From positions 160,001-224,000 of the forward strand of contig JBMNLZ010000002.1 of assembly GCA_050953065.1 (NCBI GenBank): 64,000 nucleotides of DNA. Reading direction: 5' to 3'. Below the pieces are notes generated by a model. The model had not been told where the DNA came from. It saw only the letters and a program-made list of their open reading frames with translations, and did not search any database. Origin of the DNA: Bacilli bacterium. Lineage in GTDB: Bacteria > Bacillota_I > Bacilli_A > ML615J-28 > CAG-698. Both the position numbers and the translations under genes were made by a program. Shown one piece after another: positions 1 to 8,649 of the stretch (the stretch's first letter is position 1; every line of letters begins with the position of its first letter).

Positions 1-406
1 TATCAAAGAAGCTACAGTTAAGATTGAATTAAAAGGAGCTAAAGAACCTCTAGAAGTACTTGTTGCTGTAGTTCATGGTGCTGCTAATGTTCCTGAAATG
101 ATGGAAAGAATCAAGAAGGGTAAAAAGCAATATGCCTTTATTGAATTTATGGCATGTACTGGTGGATGTATCAATGGTGGTGGTCAACCAGTAGTTTCAG
201 CTGAAGTTCAAGATAAAGTAGATGTTAGAGCAGTTCGTGCTAAAGCATTATACAATATGGATAAACGCGCTCAAATTAGAAAGTCTCATGAAAACGAAGC
301 AGTTAGCACATTGTATAAAGAGTTCTTAGGTGAACCTGGAAGTAATGTATCTCATAAATTACTTCATACACATTATAAAAAACAAGATAAGTTTACTAAA
401 ATTTAA
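1..406 (+). CDS. hydA: [FeFe]-hydrogenase group A catalytic subunit, C-terminal part (5' end outside window)
   Basis: Frame is open from base 2 (IKEATVKI...VAVVHG). H-cluster P3 motif EFMACTGGCINGGGQP and small-subunit tail RKSHEN...LYKEFLGEPGS..SHKLLHTHY. Confidence 0.92.
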   Translation, partial: IKEATVKIELKGAKEPLEVLVAVVHGAANVPEMMERIKKGKKQYAFIEFMACTGGCINGGGQPVVSAEVQDKVDVRAVRAKALYNMDKRAQIRKSHENEAVSTLYKEFLGEPGSNVSHKLLHTHYKKQDKFTKI

Positions 407-415
407 ATGAGTTTT

Positions 416-447
416 AAGATTCTAAGGAAAACCTTAGAATCTTTTTT
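416..447 (+). terminator. Intrinsic terminator after hydrogenase
   Basis: AAGATTCTAAGG-aaaa-CCTTAGAATCTT followed by a T run. Confidence 0.8.
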
Positions 448-520
448 ATAAAATGATATCTATTTGCATAAGAAAGTACAAAATATTTGTACTTATAGGA
501 GCAAATAATATCTATAAATA

Positions 521-558
521 ATTAAAAGATTCTAAATAAAATTTTAGAATCTTTTAAT
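521..558 (-). terminator. Intrinsic terminator of the Crp/Fnr gene
   Basis: ATTAAAAGATTCTAAA / TTTAGAATCTTTTAAT hairpin abutting the stop codon. Confidence 0.7.
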
Positions 559-1167
559 TTAATCTAATAATTTGATATAGTCTTTTGAATAATCAATTAA
601 GCCTAAATCTTTTAAAAGGATTAACTCTCTTGATAAAGATGGCCTTGGAATATTTAAAAAAAGTGCTAGTTGTTCTTTTGATTTAATTTTGATTGTTTTT
701 GATTTGGTCCTTTTACTAGTTTCAGATAAAAAGAATAAGATTTTATCTTTAATACTTTTTTGAGAAAGTATTTTAATTTTTTGTTGGAAAGCAATACTTT
801 TATTGGACATAATAGATAAATAATTATTTAAGAATGTTTTATCGTTTTGCAAGATGTTTAATAGTTTATCTTTAGTAATCAAAGCAAGTTCAGTTGATTT
901 AAAAGCACTAACATCTCCTAAAAAGAAAGGATTAGAATGGAAGAGTAAAAACTCTCCAAATAAATCATTTTCGTTTATTGTAATAATATTATATTCTTCT
1001 TCAAAGAATGTATAAGTATTAATTAAAACAGAACCTTTTAAAACTAAAGATAAATATTTACATTCATCTCCTTCATTAAAGATCATATCGTTTTTATTAA
1101 AAGTTTTGATTATAAAGAGATTACTATAGTCTTTTATAACATTTTCAAATAGTGGATGATTTTTCAT
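559..1167 (-). CDS. Crp/Fnr family transcriptional regulator (HcpR2-like)
   Basis: cNMP-binding domain (IFNEGDEC...LFGE) and C-terminal HTH EQLALFLNIPRPSLSREL. ATG at 1167 has a GAAAGGA RBS. Confidence 0.88.
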   Translation of the reverse strand: MKNHPLFENVIKDYSNLFIIKTFNKNDMIFNEGDECKYLSLVLKGSVLINTYTFFEEEYNIITINENDLFGEFLLFHSNPFFLGDVSAFKSTELALITKDKLLNILQNDKTFLNNYLSIMSNKSIAFQQKIKILSQKSIKDKILFFLSETSKRTKSKTIKIKSKEQLALFLNIPRPSLSRELILLKDLGLIDYSKDYIKLLD

Positions 1168-1179
1168 TGTTTTTCCTTT

Positions 1180-1197
1180 CTGTAACAAATGTTACGG
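1180..1197. promoter_or_regulatory. Palindromic operator CTGTAACAAATGTTACGG, probable site of the adjacent Crp/Fnr regulator
   Basis: GTAACA-AA-TGTTAC inverted repeat between divergent genes; resembles the HcpR2-type consensus as I recall it (CTGTAACAWWTCTTACAG). Confidence 0.65.
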
Positions 1198-1249
1198 CTA
1201 TTTAATTCTAACATATGTATAATGGTTTTGTAAAGAGGTGAAATGTATT

Positions 1250-2194
1250 ATGAAAAAAATTATTGTAAGTTTAATGGTTATTGTCTTAGGGTTTTTCTTA
1301 GGCGCATGTAGTAAAGAGGAAAAAGTTTATGGAGAGATTGATATCTTAGCACCATTTGGGACTCCTTTAATTGCAGTAGGAGGTTTGCTTGGAAAAGATA
1401 ATATTAATATAGAAGCAGTCAATGATCCAAGTTTGTTAACAGCTGCGATGGTAACTAAAGAAAAAGATATTATCATTGCTCCAATTACTGCTGGGACTGC
1501 TAGTTATATTAAGGGTGGGTCTGTTTATAAAATGGCTGGAATTGTTACTTTGGGGAATACTTATATTGTATCAAGAGAAAGTTCTACTTTAACAAGTGTT
1601 AATGATTTAGAAGGGAAAACTATTACAGCTTATGGTAGAAATAATACTCCTGATATTGCTTTAAAACTTTTACTTGATAATGCTAATGTTACTGCAACAA
1701 TTGATTATCAAAACAGTGTTGGTGATGTTGTAGCGCTATTTAATGGAACTACTCCACCTGAATATATTTTAGTTGCAGAACCTTTCTTAACGCAGTTAAA
1801 GAATAAAAATACTTTAAATGTTTTAAATGTGGAAAGAGTTTTACAAGAAAAAGATGTTTTAGATAATATCTATCAAGCAGCAATCTTTGTTAATCCAGAA
1901 AGCGTTAAAGAAGATCTTAATCATGCTATTAGTTTAATTGAAGAAAACTTAAATTCTTTAAATAATAATCCAGAAAGTTATGCTGAAAGTGTTGTTGATA
2001 AACATGCTTATTTTACTAATCTAGGAGTTGCAGTTTTAAAGAAAAGCCTACCTTCTGCAAATTTAGATTTTGTTGGAGCATTTGAAAATAAAACTGCAAT
2101 TGAAAATTACTATAATATTATAAATACCTATAACGATAAGCTATTTAATAATCAATTGCCTAATAGTGATTTTTATTATGAATATAATAAATAA
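1250..2194 (+). CDS. NitT/TauT-family ABC transporter substrate-binding lipoprotein
   Basis: Lipobox LGAC; DLEGKTI..G...TPD and EPF motifs; followed by a permease. Confidence 0.8.
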   Translation: MKKIIVSLMVIVLGFFLGACSKEEKVYGEIDILAPFGTPLIAVGGLLGKDNINIEAVNDPSLLTAAMVTKEKDIIIAPITAGTASYIKGGSVYKMAGIVTLGNTYIVSRESSTLTSVNDLEGKTITAYGRNNTPDIALKLLLDNANVTATIDYQNSVGDVVALFNGTTPPEYILVAEPFLTQLKNKNTLNVLNVERVLQEKDVLDNIYQAAIFVNPESVKEDLNHAISLIEENLNSLNNNPESYAESVVDKHAYFTNLGVAVLKKSLPSANLDFVGAFENKTAIENYYNIINTYNDKLFNNQLPNSDFYYEYNK

Positions 2195-2918
2195 AACATT
2201 TTATTTTATTGGAATTTTAATTATCTTTTTAGCTTGGTTTATAGGTAGTATAGTTATTCAAAATGAACTTGCTTTACCAAAGATTTCTTCAACATTTGAA
2301 AGTTTAATTAATCTATTAAAAAACAAAGAAACTTATTTAATAATTCTTAATACAATTTTTAGATTAATTATAACGATTATAATAACTTATTTAATTGCCT
2401 TTGTTTTAGTATTATTATCTAGTATTAGCATAAAAATAGAACAACTAATAAAACCACTTGTAGCGTTAATGAAGACATTGCCAGTGGCTGCGATTATTAT
2501 AGTATTACTAGTTAGTGTTGGAAGAAATAATAGTCCATATTTTATTACAGGTTTAGTTGTTTTACCTTTAATGTATGAAACTACTTTTATTGGAATTAAA
2601 AGTATCAATAAAGGAATCACTGAAGAGATTAAAATGGATAGTAATGTTAATTGGTTAGTAGTAAGTAAAGTCTTTATTCCAATGACAATGCCATATATTC
2701 TAGCAGGGACAATCCAGTCTTTAGGATTAGGTTTAAAAGTAATGGTCATGAGTGAGTTTATTACTCAACCTAACCTTACAATTGGAGCTAAAATGTCAGA
2801 AGAAAGAGTCTATCAAAATCTAGATAATATCTTTGCTTGGACTATAATTTTGGTTGTGTTTATCTTTTTGGTTGAATACTTTTTAAAGAAAATTAAATTA
2901 AATGAGAATACTTATTAA
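2178..2918 (+). CDS. NitT/TauT-family ABC transporter permease
   Basis: Multiple TM segments; EAA-loop-like region followed by IPMTMPYILAG...LGLKVMVMSE. Confidence 0.85.
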   Translation: MNIINKTFYFIGILIIFLAWFIGSIVIQNELALPKISSTFESLINLLKNKETYLIILNTIFRLIITIIITYLIAFVLVLLSSISIKIEQLIKPLVALMKTLPVAAIIIVLLVSVGRNNSPYFITGLVVLPLMYETTFIGIKSINKGITEEIKMDSNVNWLVVSKVFIPMTMPYILAGTIQSLGLGLKVMVMSEFITQPNLTIGAKMSEERVYQNLDNIFAWTIILVVFIFLVEYFLKKIKLNENTY

Positions 2919-3053
2919 TGAAATTTAATTTTAAAAAATCTATAACTTATGTTGTAGATTTTTCTTTATATGTGTGCTAAAATGAAATAGCTTTGAAAAG
3001 CGATTTAAGGTGAAATTTAGGGCCTTAGAAAGAGAAATTAGAGGTGTTTAACG

Positions 3054-4811
3054 ATGAAAATATCTAAAACTATGTTTAAAGAATTTAGTAGATGTAATAG
3101 AGTGTATCACTTAGATGAATTATACAAAAAACAAGGTTTTTCATCTAAATTTGATTTAGATAATGAAGAGATTTTAGAAATTCTTAATTTAATGTTTGAT
3201 AGTGAAGGTGAAGACTTAATCGCTGATAATGCTAAAGTTGAAGCAATGATGGAATATTATAATGAAGTTGAAGTTTTAGCTATGGAAATGGCTAAGGAAA
3301 AGTTTAATTTAAATATTTTATATGGTGATACTTTTAAAAGCCAAGCTAAATGTTTTTTTGTAGATGAGGCTAATCATGAGTTTTATAGTTATCTAGATGG
3401 ATTTTCTATAGAAAAAGATACTGTTTATGCTTTTGAAGTAAAAGCTACAACTAGTAAAAAATTTAGAGAAGAATTTAAAACTAAAGATAGCGGGAAAGAG
3501 TCTTTATTTATTTATAATCATTTAGATGTTTTAGTTTTTAATCCTAATTTTATTCAAACTAAACATGTTGAAAAACTATTTAATAAATTAGGTGATATTG
3601 GTATGTATATTTATGACTGTGCCATAACTTATTATTATTTAAAAAATGATTTAAAATATAAAGATAAAAAGGTTAAATTTTATTTAGCAGTTTTAAATAG
3701 TGATTATGTATATGATGGAAGTTTAATAAATAAAGAAAATAAAGACTTTAAAAAGGTCATTGACTATATCGACATAACAAGTATTTTAGAAGAATACTAT
3801 CCAACAATTTTTAAAGAAAAAGAATTGTTAGTTAACAATTTAAAATTAAAAGAAATTCCCAAATTAGTTTATGGAAAGAAGTGTGGTTTTAAAGGACAAG
3901 AATGTAAGTTTTTCCCTGTTTGTTGGGAGAAGTTAAAAGGTAGGGGAAGTATTCTAGAATACTTCAGGGTTACAGCTTCTAGCAAAATAGATTTATATGA
4001 AAAATTAAATAATGAAGAAACGAGTCTATTAGATGTAGAAGATATCAATCTAACACCTAATCAATTAATTCAAAAAGAAGTCTTTATAAGTGGCAGTGTT
4101 CATATGAACAAAGAAAAAATTTCTAAAGCAATTAGCCTAATTAAGCATCCGATTTATTATTTAGATTTTGAAACATTTGCTTCTCCATTACCTAGATTTA
4201 TTGGCGAAAAACCATATGCTCAATCTTTATTTCAATATTCACTTCATGTAGAAAAAACTCCTTTTAAATGTGATTTTGATAAAGACCATTATGAATATTT
4301 AGTAAAAGATGCTAAAGACTACCGAAGAGAATTAATTGAAAAGCTAATTAAAGATATTGATTTAAAAAAAGGTGGAAGCGTGATAGTTTATAATGCATCG
4401 TTTGAGTCTACAAGATTAAAAGAAATGGCTTTGATTTTTCCAGAATATGAAAAAGAAATAAATAAGATAAGAGATAGTTTGTTTGATCTTCAAAATCTAT
4501 TGAAAGCTAAATCATCTTTATATGAAGCACTAGGTTATGATGAAGAAGAAGCAAAAATTAATCCGTATTATCATAATGATTTAGCAGGAAGTTATTCAAT
4601 TAAAAAAGTTTTACCGATTTTTTCTAATCTTACTTATTCTTCTTTAGATATTAAAAATGGAGGAGAAGCTATCATTGCTTATGCAATGCTTGCTAGGTTA
4701 GAAAAAGAAGACAGAGAAATTTTAAGAAGCAATTTAATTAAATATTGTAAGCAAGATACTTGGGCAATGGTTCTAATCTTACATAATATTATAAAGGAAA
4801 TAAGAAGATGA
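3054..4811 (+). CDS. DUF2779-family protein: PD-(D/E)xK nuclease domain plus DEDD/RNase H-like exonuclease domain
   Basis: LDG...FEVKAT, Cys cluster, YLDFETF, YNASFE, GSYSIKKVLP, YCKQDT. Confidence 0.8.
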   Translation: MKISKTMFKEFSRCNRVYHLDELYKKQGFSSKFDLDNEEILEILNLMFDSEGEDLIADNAKVEAMMEYYNEVEVLAMEMAKEKFNLNILYGDTFKSQAKCFFVDEANHEFYSYLDGFSIEKDTVYAFEVKATTSKKFREEFKTKDSGKESLFIYNHLDVLVFNPNFIQTKHVEKLFNKLGDIGMYIYDCAITYYYLKNDLKYKDKKVKFYLAVLNSDYVYDGSLINKENKDFKKVIDYIDITSILEEYYPTIFKEKELLVNNLKLKEIPKLVYGKKCGFKGQECKFFPVCWEKLKGRGSILEYFRVTASSKIDLYEKLNNEETSLLDVEDINLTPNQLIQKEVFISGSVHMNKEKISKAISLIKHPIYYLDFETFASPLPRFIGEKPYAQSLFQYSLHVEKTPFKCDFDKDHYEYLVKDAKDYRRELIEKLIKDIDLKKGGSVIVYNASFESTRLKEMALIFPEYEKEINKIRDSLFDLQNLLKAKSSLYEALGYDEEEAKINPYYHNDLAGSYSIKKVLPIFSNLTYSSLDIKNGGEAIIAYAMLARLEKEDREILRSNLIKYCKQDTWAMVLILHNIIKEIRR

Positions 4812-5518
4812 GATTAGATAAGTTTTTATCTTTTAATAGATATGGTTCTAGAAGACATGTTAAGAAGTTGATTAGAGAAGGTGTAGTTAGTGTCAATGAT
4901 AAAATAATTAGAAATGATGATTTTATTATTGATGAGGAAAATGATGTAGTAAGAGTTTTTGAAGAAGAAGTAATTTACCAAAAAGATATCTATATTATGT
5001 TAAACAAGCCTCAAGGAGTAATTTGTGCAACTATTGATGAGTTTAAAAAAACTGTTATAGATTTATTAGAAAATGTTAGAAAAGAAGGATTAATAATTTT
5101 AGGTAGGCTTGACAAAGATACTGAAGGATTATTAATTATTACTAATAATAAGAGCTTGCAACACGAATTACTTTCTCCTAAGCATCATGTTGCTAAAAAG
5201 TATTATGTAGAGTTTAGTGGAACTTGGCAAGATGATTATATAAATCTTTTTAAAGAAGGGATCATAATAAGAGAAAGTAGGGGAGAATATAAAACAAAAG
5301 CATCTTTAATTGAAAAACTAGATGATAATAAAGCATATCTTACTTTATATGAAGGTAGATACCATCAAGTAAAAAAGATGTTTATTGCACTTGGTTTAAA
5401 AGTTACTTATTTAAAAAGAGTAGAGTTTAACAATTTAAAATTAGATGAAACATTAGCTTTAGGTGAATATAGAAATTTAACAAAAGAAGAAATTGAAATA
5501 TTAAAAAAAGTACTTTAA
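4808..5518 (+). CDS. rsuA: RsuA-family rRNA pseudouridine synthase
   Basis: MRLDKFL S4 domain, LNKPQG, GRLDKDTEGLL, EGRYHQVKKMF. Confidence 0.9.
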   Translation: MRLDKFLSFNRYGSRRHVKKLIREGVVSVNDKIIRNDDFIIDEENDVVRVFEEEVIYQKDIYIMLNKPQGVICATIDEFKKTVIDLLENVRKEGLIILGRLDKDTEGLLIITNNKSLQHELLSPKHHVAKKYYVEFSGTWQDDYINLFKEGIIIRESRGEYKTKASLIEKLDDNKAYLTLYEGRYHQVKKMFIALGLKVTYLKRVEFNNLKLDETLALGEYRNLTKEEIEILKKVL

Positions 5519-5539
5519 AAGATATTTTAAAGTACTTTT
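5506..5539. terminator. Bidirectional terminator between convergent genes
   Basis: AAAAGTACTTTAAAA-gata-TTTTAAAGTACTTTT. Confidence 0.75.
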
Positions 5540-5544
5540 ATTTA

Positions 5545-7383
5545 TTATTCTATAACATAAATTATCTTACTCCAAACAACACTAAATGTTGTAAGACTAT
5601 ATTCGATATAAACATCACTTACATTTGGATCATTACAAATAATGAAAGTTCCATTATCAGTAATTTTGTATCCTCTAACAACTAGTAAGTGTCCTGGTAC
5701 ATCATAATTAGCTTCTACCATATTACCTCTTACAGTGGTTGAGATTGGACCAACTGTTTCTAAGTGGTGGAAAAGTTCTTCAAATGAATAAAGTCTTTTA
5801 ACATAACTTATCTCTCCAAAGGAAGACATTGTTACACAGTTATATACCCAGTTACCATAAATTTGATGTCCGTAGTCTCTTGAAAGCCCTGCAATGTATC
5901 TGTGTTCATATGTGTCCATATGAGCAAAACTATAACCTTTATATTTTAGAAGCATTGTAGCGCTTGTTGGGCTACAAATACTATTACCAATTGTTGGAAC
6001 AATTTTTTGATTTAGTTTTGGAACCTCATAATCTTTAAAGCCGCTGATAATACTTTCGTCTACTTCAAAGGTATAATCTGGAATTTTTAAAGCAGCAGTA
6101 ACAAAACTTGCAACAGGGAAAGGATCAGATAAAAAGTTTCTTTTTAAAATCAGTTTATATTGGAAAGCATTAGCTGTTTTATCGTTTTGAACTTTTATTT
6201 CATCAACTGCCATTTTAGCGATTGGTTTGTCTTGGTCAGTATAAGCATTTTGAAGATGTAATCCCCATGCTCCGTATGTTAAGTATTCACTCCAAACATC
6301 ATCAACTCTAACTCTAATTTGAAGTTCACAAGTTCCTTTGTTTTCATTCTCATCAGATGTAAGTGCTCCCCAAGAACCAATTAATTCTGAAAAGTTTAGA
6401 GTTTGGATTACTTTAGAAGTATAAGTCCCAGTTAGTGCATTGTCATCTAAAATTAATTTTTCATTGAATAATTTAACATTGTCAAATGTTCCATTGAAGT
6501 TTTCAGCAAGTCCTTTATATAAATGTCCGTTGAATTGTTCGATACCATCGGGTAGTTTTGAAATGTTTAAATTAAAAGTATGTGTCATTGTTAAATCTCC
6601 TTGAGTTTTTAGAGTTACTGTTAGATTAACTATCTTTTCTTCATCTTGCATAAAGACATAGCCTTTATTTGATAAAATCTCTTCATTGCTTGACTGCCAA
6701 GTAGCAGTTACATTATATAAAAAATTAGTTGGAAGTAAAACTGAAGAATTTAGTGTCTCAGGAAAAGAGATACTGTTTAAGGCAATTTCTAATTTTTTAT
6801 CATCATCTGGTGGTAAGACATCGATTGTAAAAGATTTAGTAATAGTAGCATTTGAAAATCTTAAAGTAGCCATTAAAGTAACTGTAGTTGGTTTTAAAAC
6901 AACGCCAACAATTCCATCTTTGTTTAAAACGCCACTTGCAGTAGAAGTCCAAGTGATTCTAGCAAAGCCAATTGTTGTTGGCAGGTTTAAATTTTCGCTA
7001 GTTTCTGTTGGTAGAGCAAGTTCAAGTGCTAGTGTTTCTAAGTCGTTGTGATAATCAGGAGTATATAAGAAAACATCAAATGTTTTAGTAACGGTCTTAC
7101 TCTTATAAGATAGTGTTAAAGTGAGTGCAACTAATTGATCTTCTTCAAATGGATAAATTACTCCAGTATTATCAATTACAGTGGGGATGTTTGATTCCCA
7201 AGTAGCAGTAACGCCTTCTTCAAAAACTGTAGGTAGGGTAATGTTTTCTTTAATATCAACAATTTCTTCAGGGATTGAAACTGAGTTTATTATTTTGGTT
7301 AAATCTATTTTTTTCTTACACCCTGTTAAAAATAATAAACTAAAACCAAACAAAATTAAAAATATTTTTTTCAAAATAATCAC
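5545..7383 (-). CDS. Lipoprotein with three Ig-like repeats and a C-terminal C39-like cysteine peptidase
   Basis: Lipobox LTGC; repeats LPT..(G)VTATWxS...G.V; catalytic Q...ICSPTS, GHLLVVRG, NDP. Confidence 0.8.
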   Translation of the reverse strand: MIILKKIFLILFGFSLLFLTGCKKKIDLTKIINSVSIPEEIVDIKENITLPTVFEEGVTATWESNIPTVIDNTGVIYPFEEDQLVALTLTLSYKSKTVTKTFDVFLYTPDYHNDLETLALELALPTETSENLNLPTTIGFARITWTSTASGVLNKDGIVGVVLKPTTVTLMATLRFSNATITKSFTIDVLPPDDDKKLEIALNSISFPETLNSSVLLPTNFLYNVTATWQSSNEEILSNKGYVFMQDEEKIVNLTVTLKTQGDLTMTHTFNLNISKLPDGIEQFNGHLYKGLAENFNGTFDNVKLFNEKLILDDNALTGTYTSKVIQTLNFSELIGSWGALTSDENENKGTCELQIRVRVDDVWSEYLTYGAWGLHLQNAYTDQDKPIAKMAVDEIKVQNDKTANAFQYKLILKRNFLSDPFPVASFVTAALKIPDYTFEVDESIISGFKDYEVPKLNQKIVPTIGNSICSPTSATMLLKYKGYSFAHMDTYEHRYIAGLSRDYGHQIYGNWVYNCVTMSSFGEISYVKRLYSFEELFHHLETVGPISTTVRGNMVEANYDVPGHLLVVRGYKITDNGTFIICNDPNVSDVYIEYSLTTFSVVWSKIIYVIE

Positions 7384-7551
7384 CTCTTTTTTAATGATTA
7401 TATCATTATTTAATTAAATATAAAAGTTAATTATAGAAACTTTTATTTTATAAATTTGCTAGTTTTAAAGAAAAATGATAATTTTATTAAAAGCTTTAAA
7501 AAAGATAAAAAAAGGGTTTAAAACGTTTTCTTTTTGTGGTATAATGCTTTT

Positions 7552-8649
7552 ATGAGCGCTTTCATTTTAGAAAAAATAGATAAGAATTTTAAAGATAGTA
7601 AGTTTATTGATAGTAATCTTGATTGGTATGATGTCTTAAAAATGAAAGATTACGTAAAGGGACTATATTGGTTTAAAACTAATAATAGTTTTTCAAGGCT
7701 AGATGATAATTTAGAAGTAAGAGATAATCTAAAGGTTTTATCTTTAATGCCAAGTGGAGGATATCTTGAGTTTGAAAGTGATACTGATGAGATATCTTTA
7801 GATGTTGAATTAGAGGATAGTTACTTCATGCCACATATGACTGCAATAGGTCAAGCGGGCTTTGATTTATATGCAAAGTTTGGTGAAAAGTTTATTTATT
7901 TAGCTAGTACTAAAACAAAAGAGATAAAATATCGATATAATCTTTATAAAAGTGATAAAAAAGAGTTAAGAACCTATAGAATTTATCTACCAATGTACAT
8001 AAAAATTTTAAGTTTAAGTTTAGGTTTAGGTAAGGATGGTATAATAAGAGGTACATCGGAGAATAAAGGCGCATATATTGTGTGTTATGGAACTTCTATT
8101 ACTCAAGGTGGATGTGCAACAAGACCTGGTATGAATTATACAAGCATCTTAGAAAGGCATATTGATTATAGAGTTTTAAATTTTGGCTTTTCTGGGAATG
8201 CTCATTTAGATAGTGTAATAGCTAAAGAAATTGTAAAAATTAATCCTGAAATAGTTATAATAGAGGCTATTGCAAATTGTTTAGGTAAAGATTTCTTTGA
8301 AGAAAATTTGAAAGAATTTATAAAAATTGTTTCAAGAAAAGCCAGTGTTATTGTTACTAGTTATTTTCCAAGTTCTAGTGCTTTAATTGATATTAATAAA
8401 GATAAGTTAATTAAAGAAAGCACTAAAATTGTTAAAAAAGTTATCAAAGAAATTAATAATGAGAATGTGTATTTTTTAGATGGTTTTGAAATATTAAAAG
8501 AACTAGACTATGAAGAAACAGTAGATGGCATACATCTAACTGATTTAGGCTTTTATTTCTTAGCTATGAAGTTAAGAGACAAAATAAAAAAAATAAAACG
8601 TGAGGTGGAAAGAAAAAAATGTTTAAGCAAAAAAGATTTTTCGTATTAG
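7552..8649 (+). CDS. SGNH/GDSL hydrolase
   Basis: YGTSITQGGCATRPG, LNFGFSGNA, DGIHLTDLG. Confidence 0.88.
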   Translation: MSAFILEKIDKNFKDSKFIDSNLDWYDVLKMKDYVKGLYWFKTNNSFSRLDDNLEVRDNLKVLSLMPSGGYLEFESDTDEISLDVELEDSYFMPHMTAIGQAGFDLYAKFGEKFIYLASTKTKEIKYRYNLYKSDKKELRTYRIYLPMYIKILSLSLGLGKDGIIRGTSENKGAYIVCYGTSITQGGCATRPGMNYTSILERHIDYRVLNFGFSGNAHLDSVIAKEIVKINPEIVIIEAIANCLGKDFFEENLKEFIKIVSRKASVIVTSYFPSSSALIDINKDKLIKESTKIVKKVIKEINNENVYFLDGFEILKELDYEETVDGIHLTDLGFYFLAMKLRDKIKKIKREVERKKCLSKKDFSY

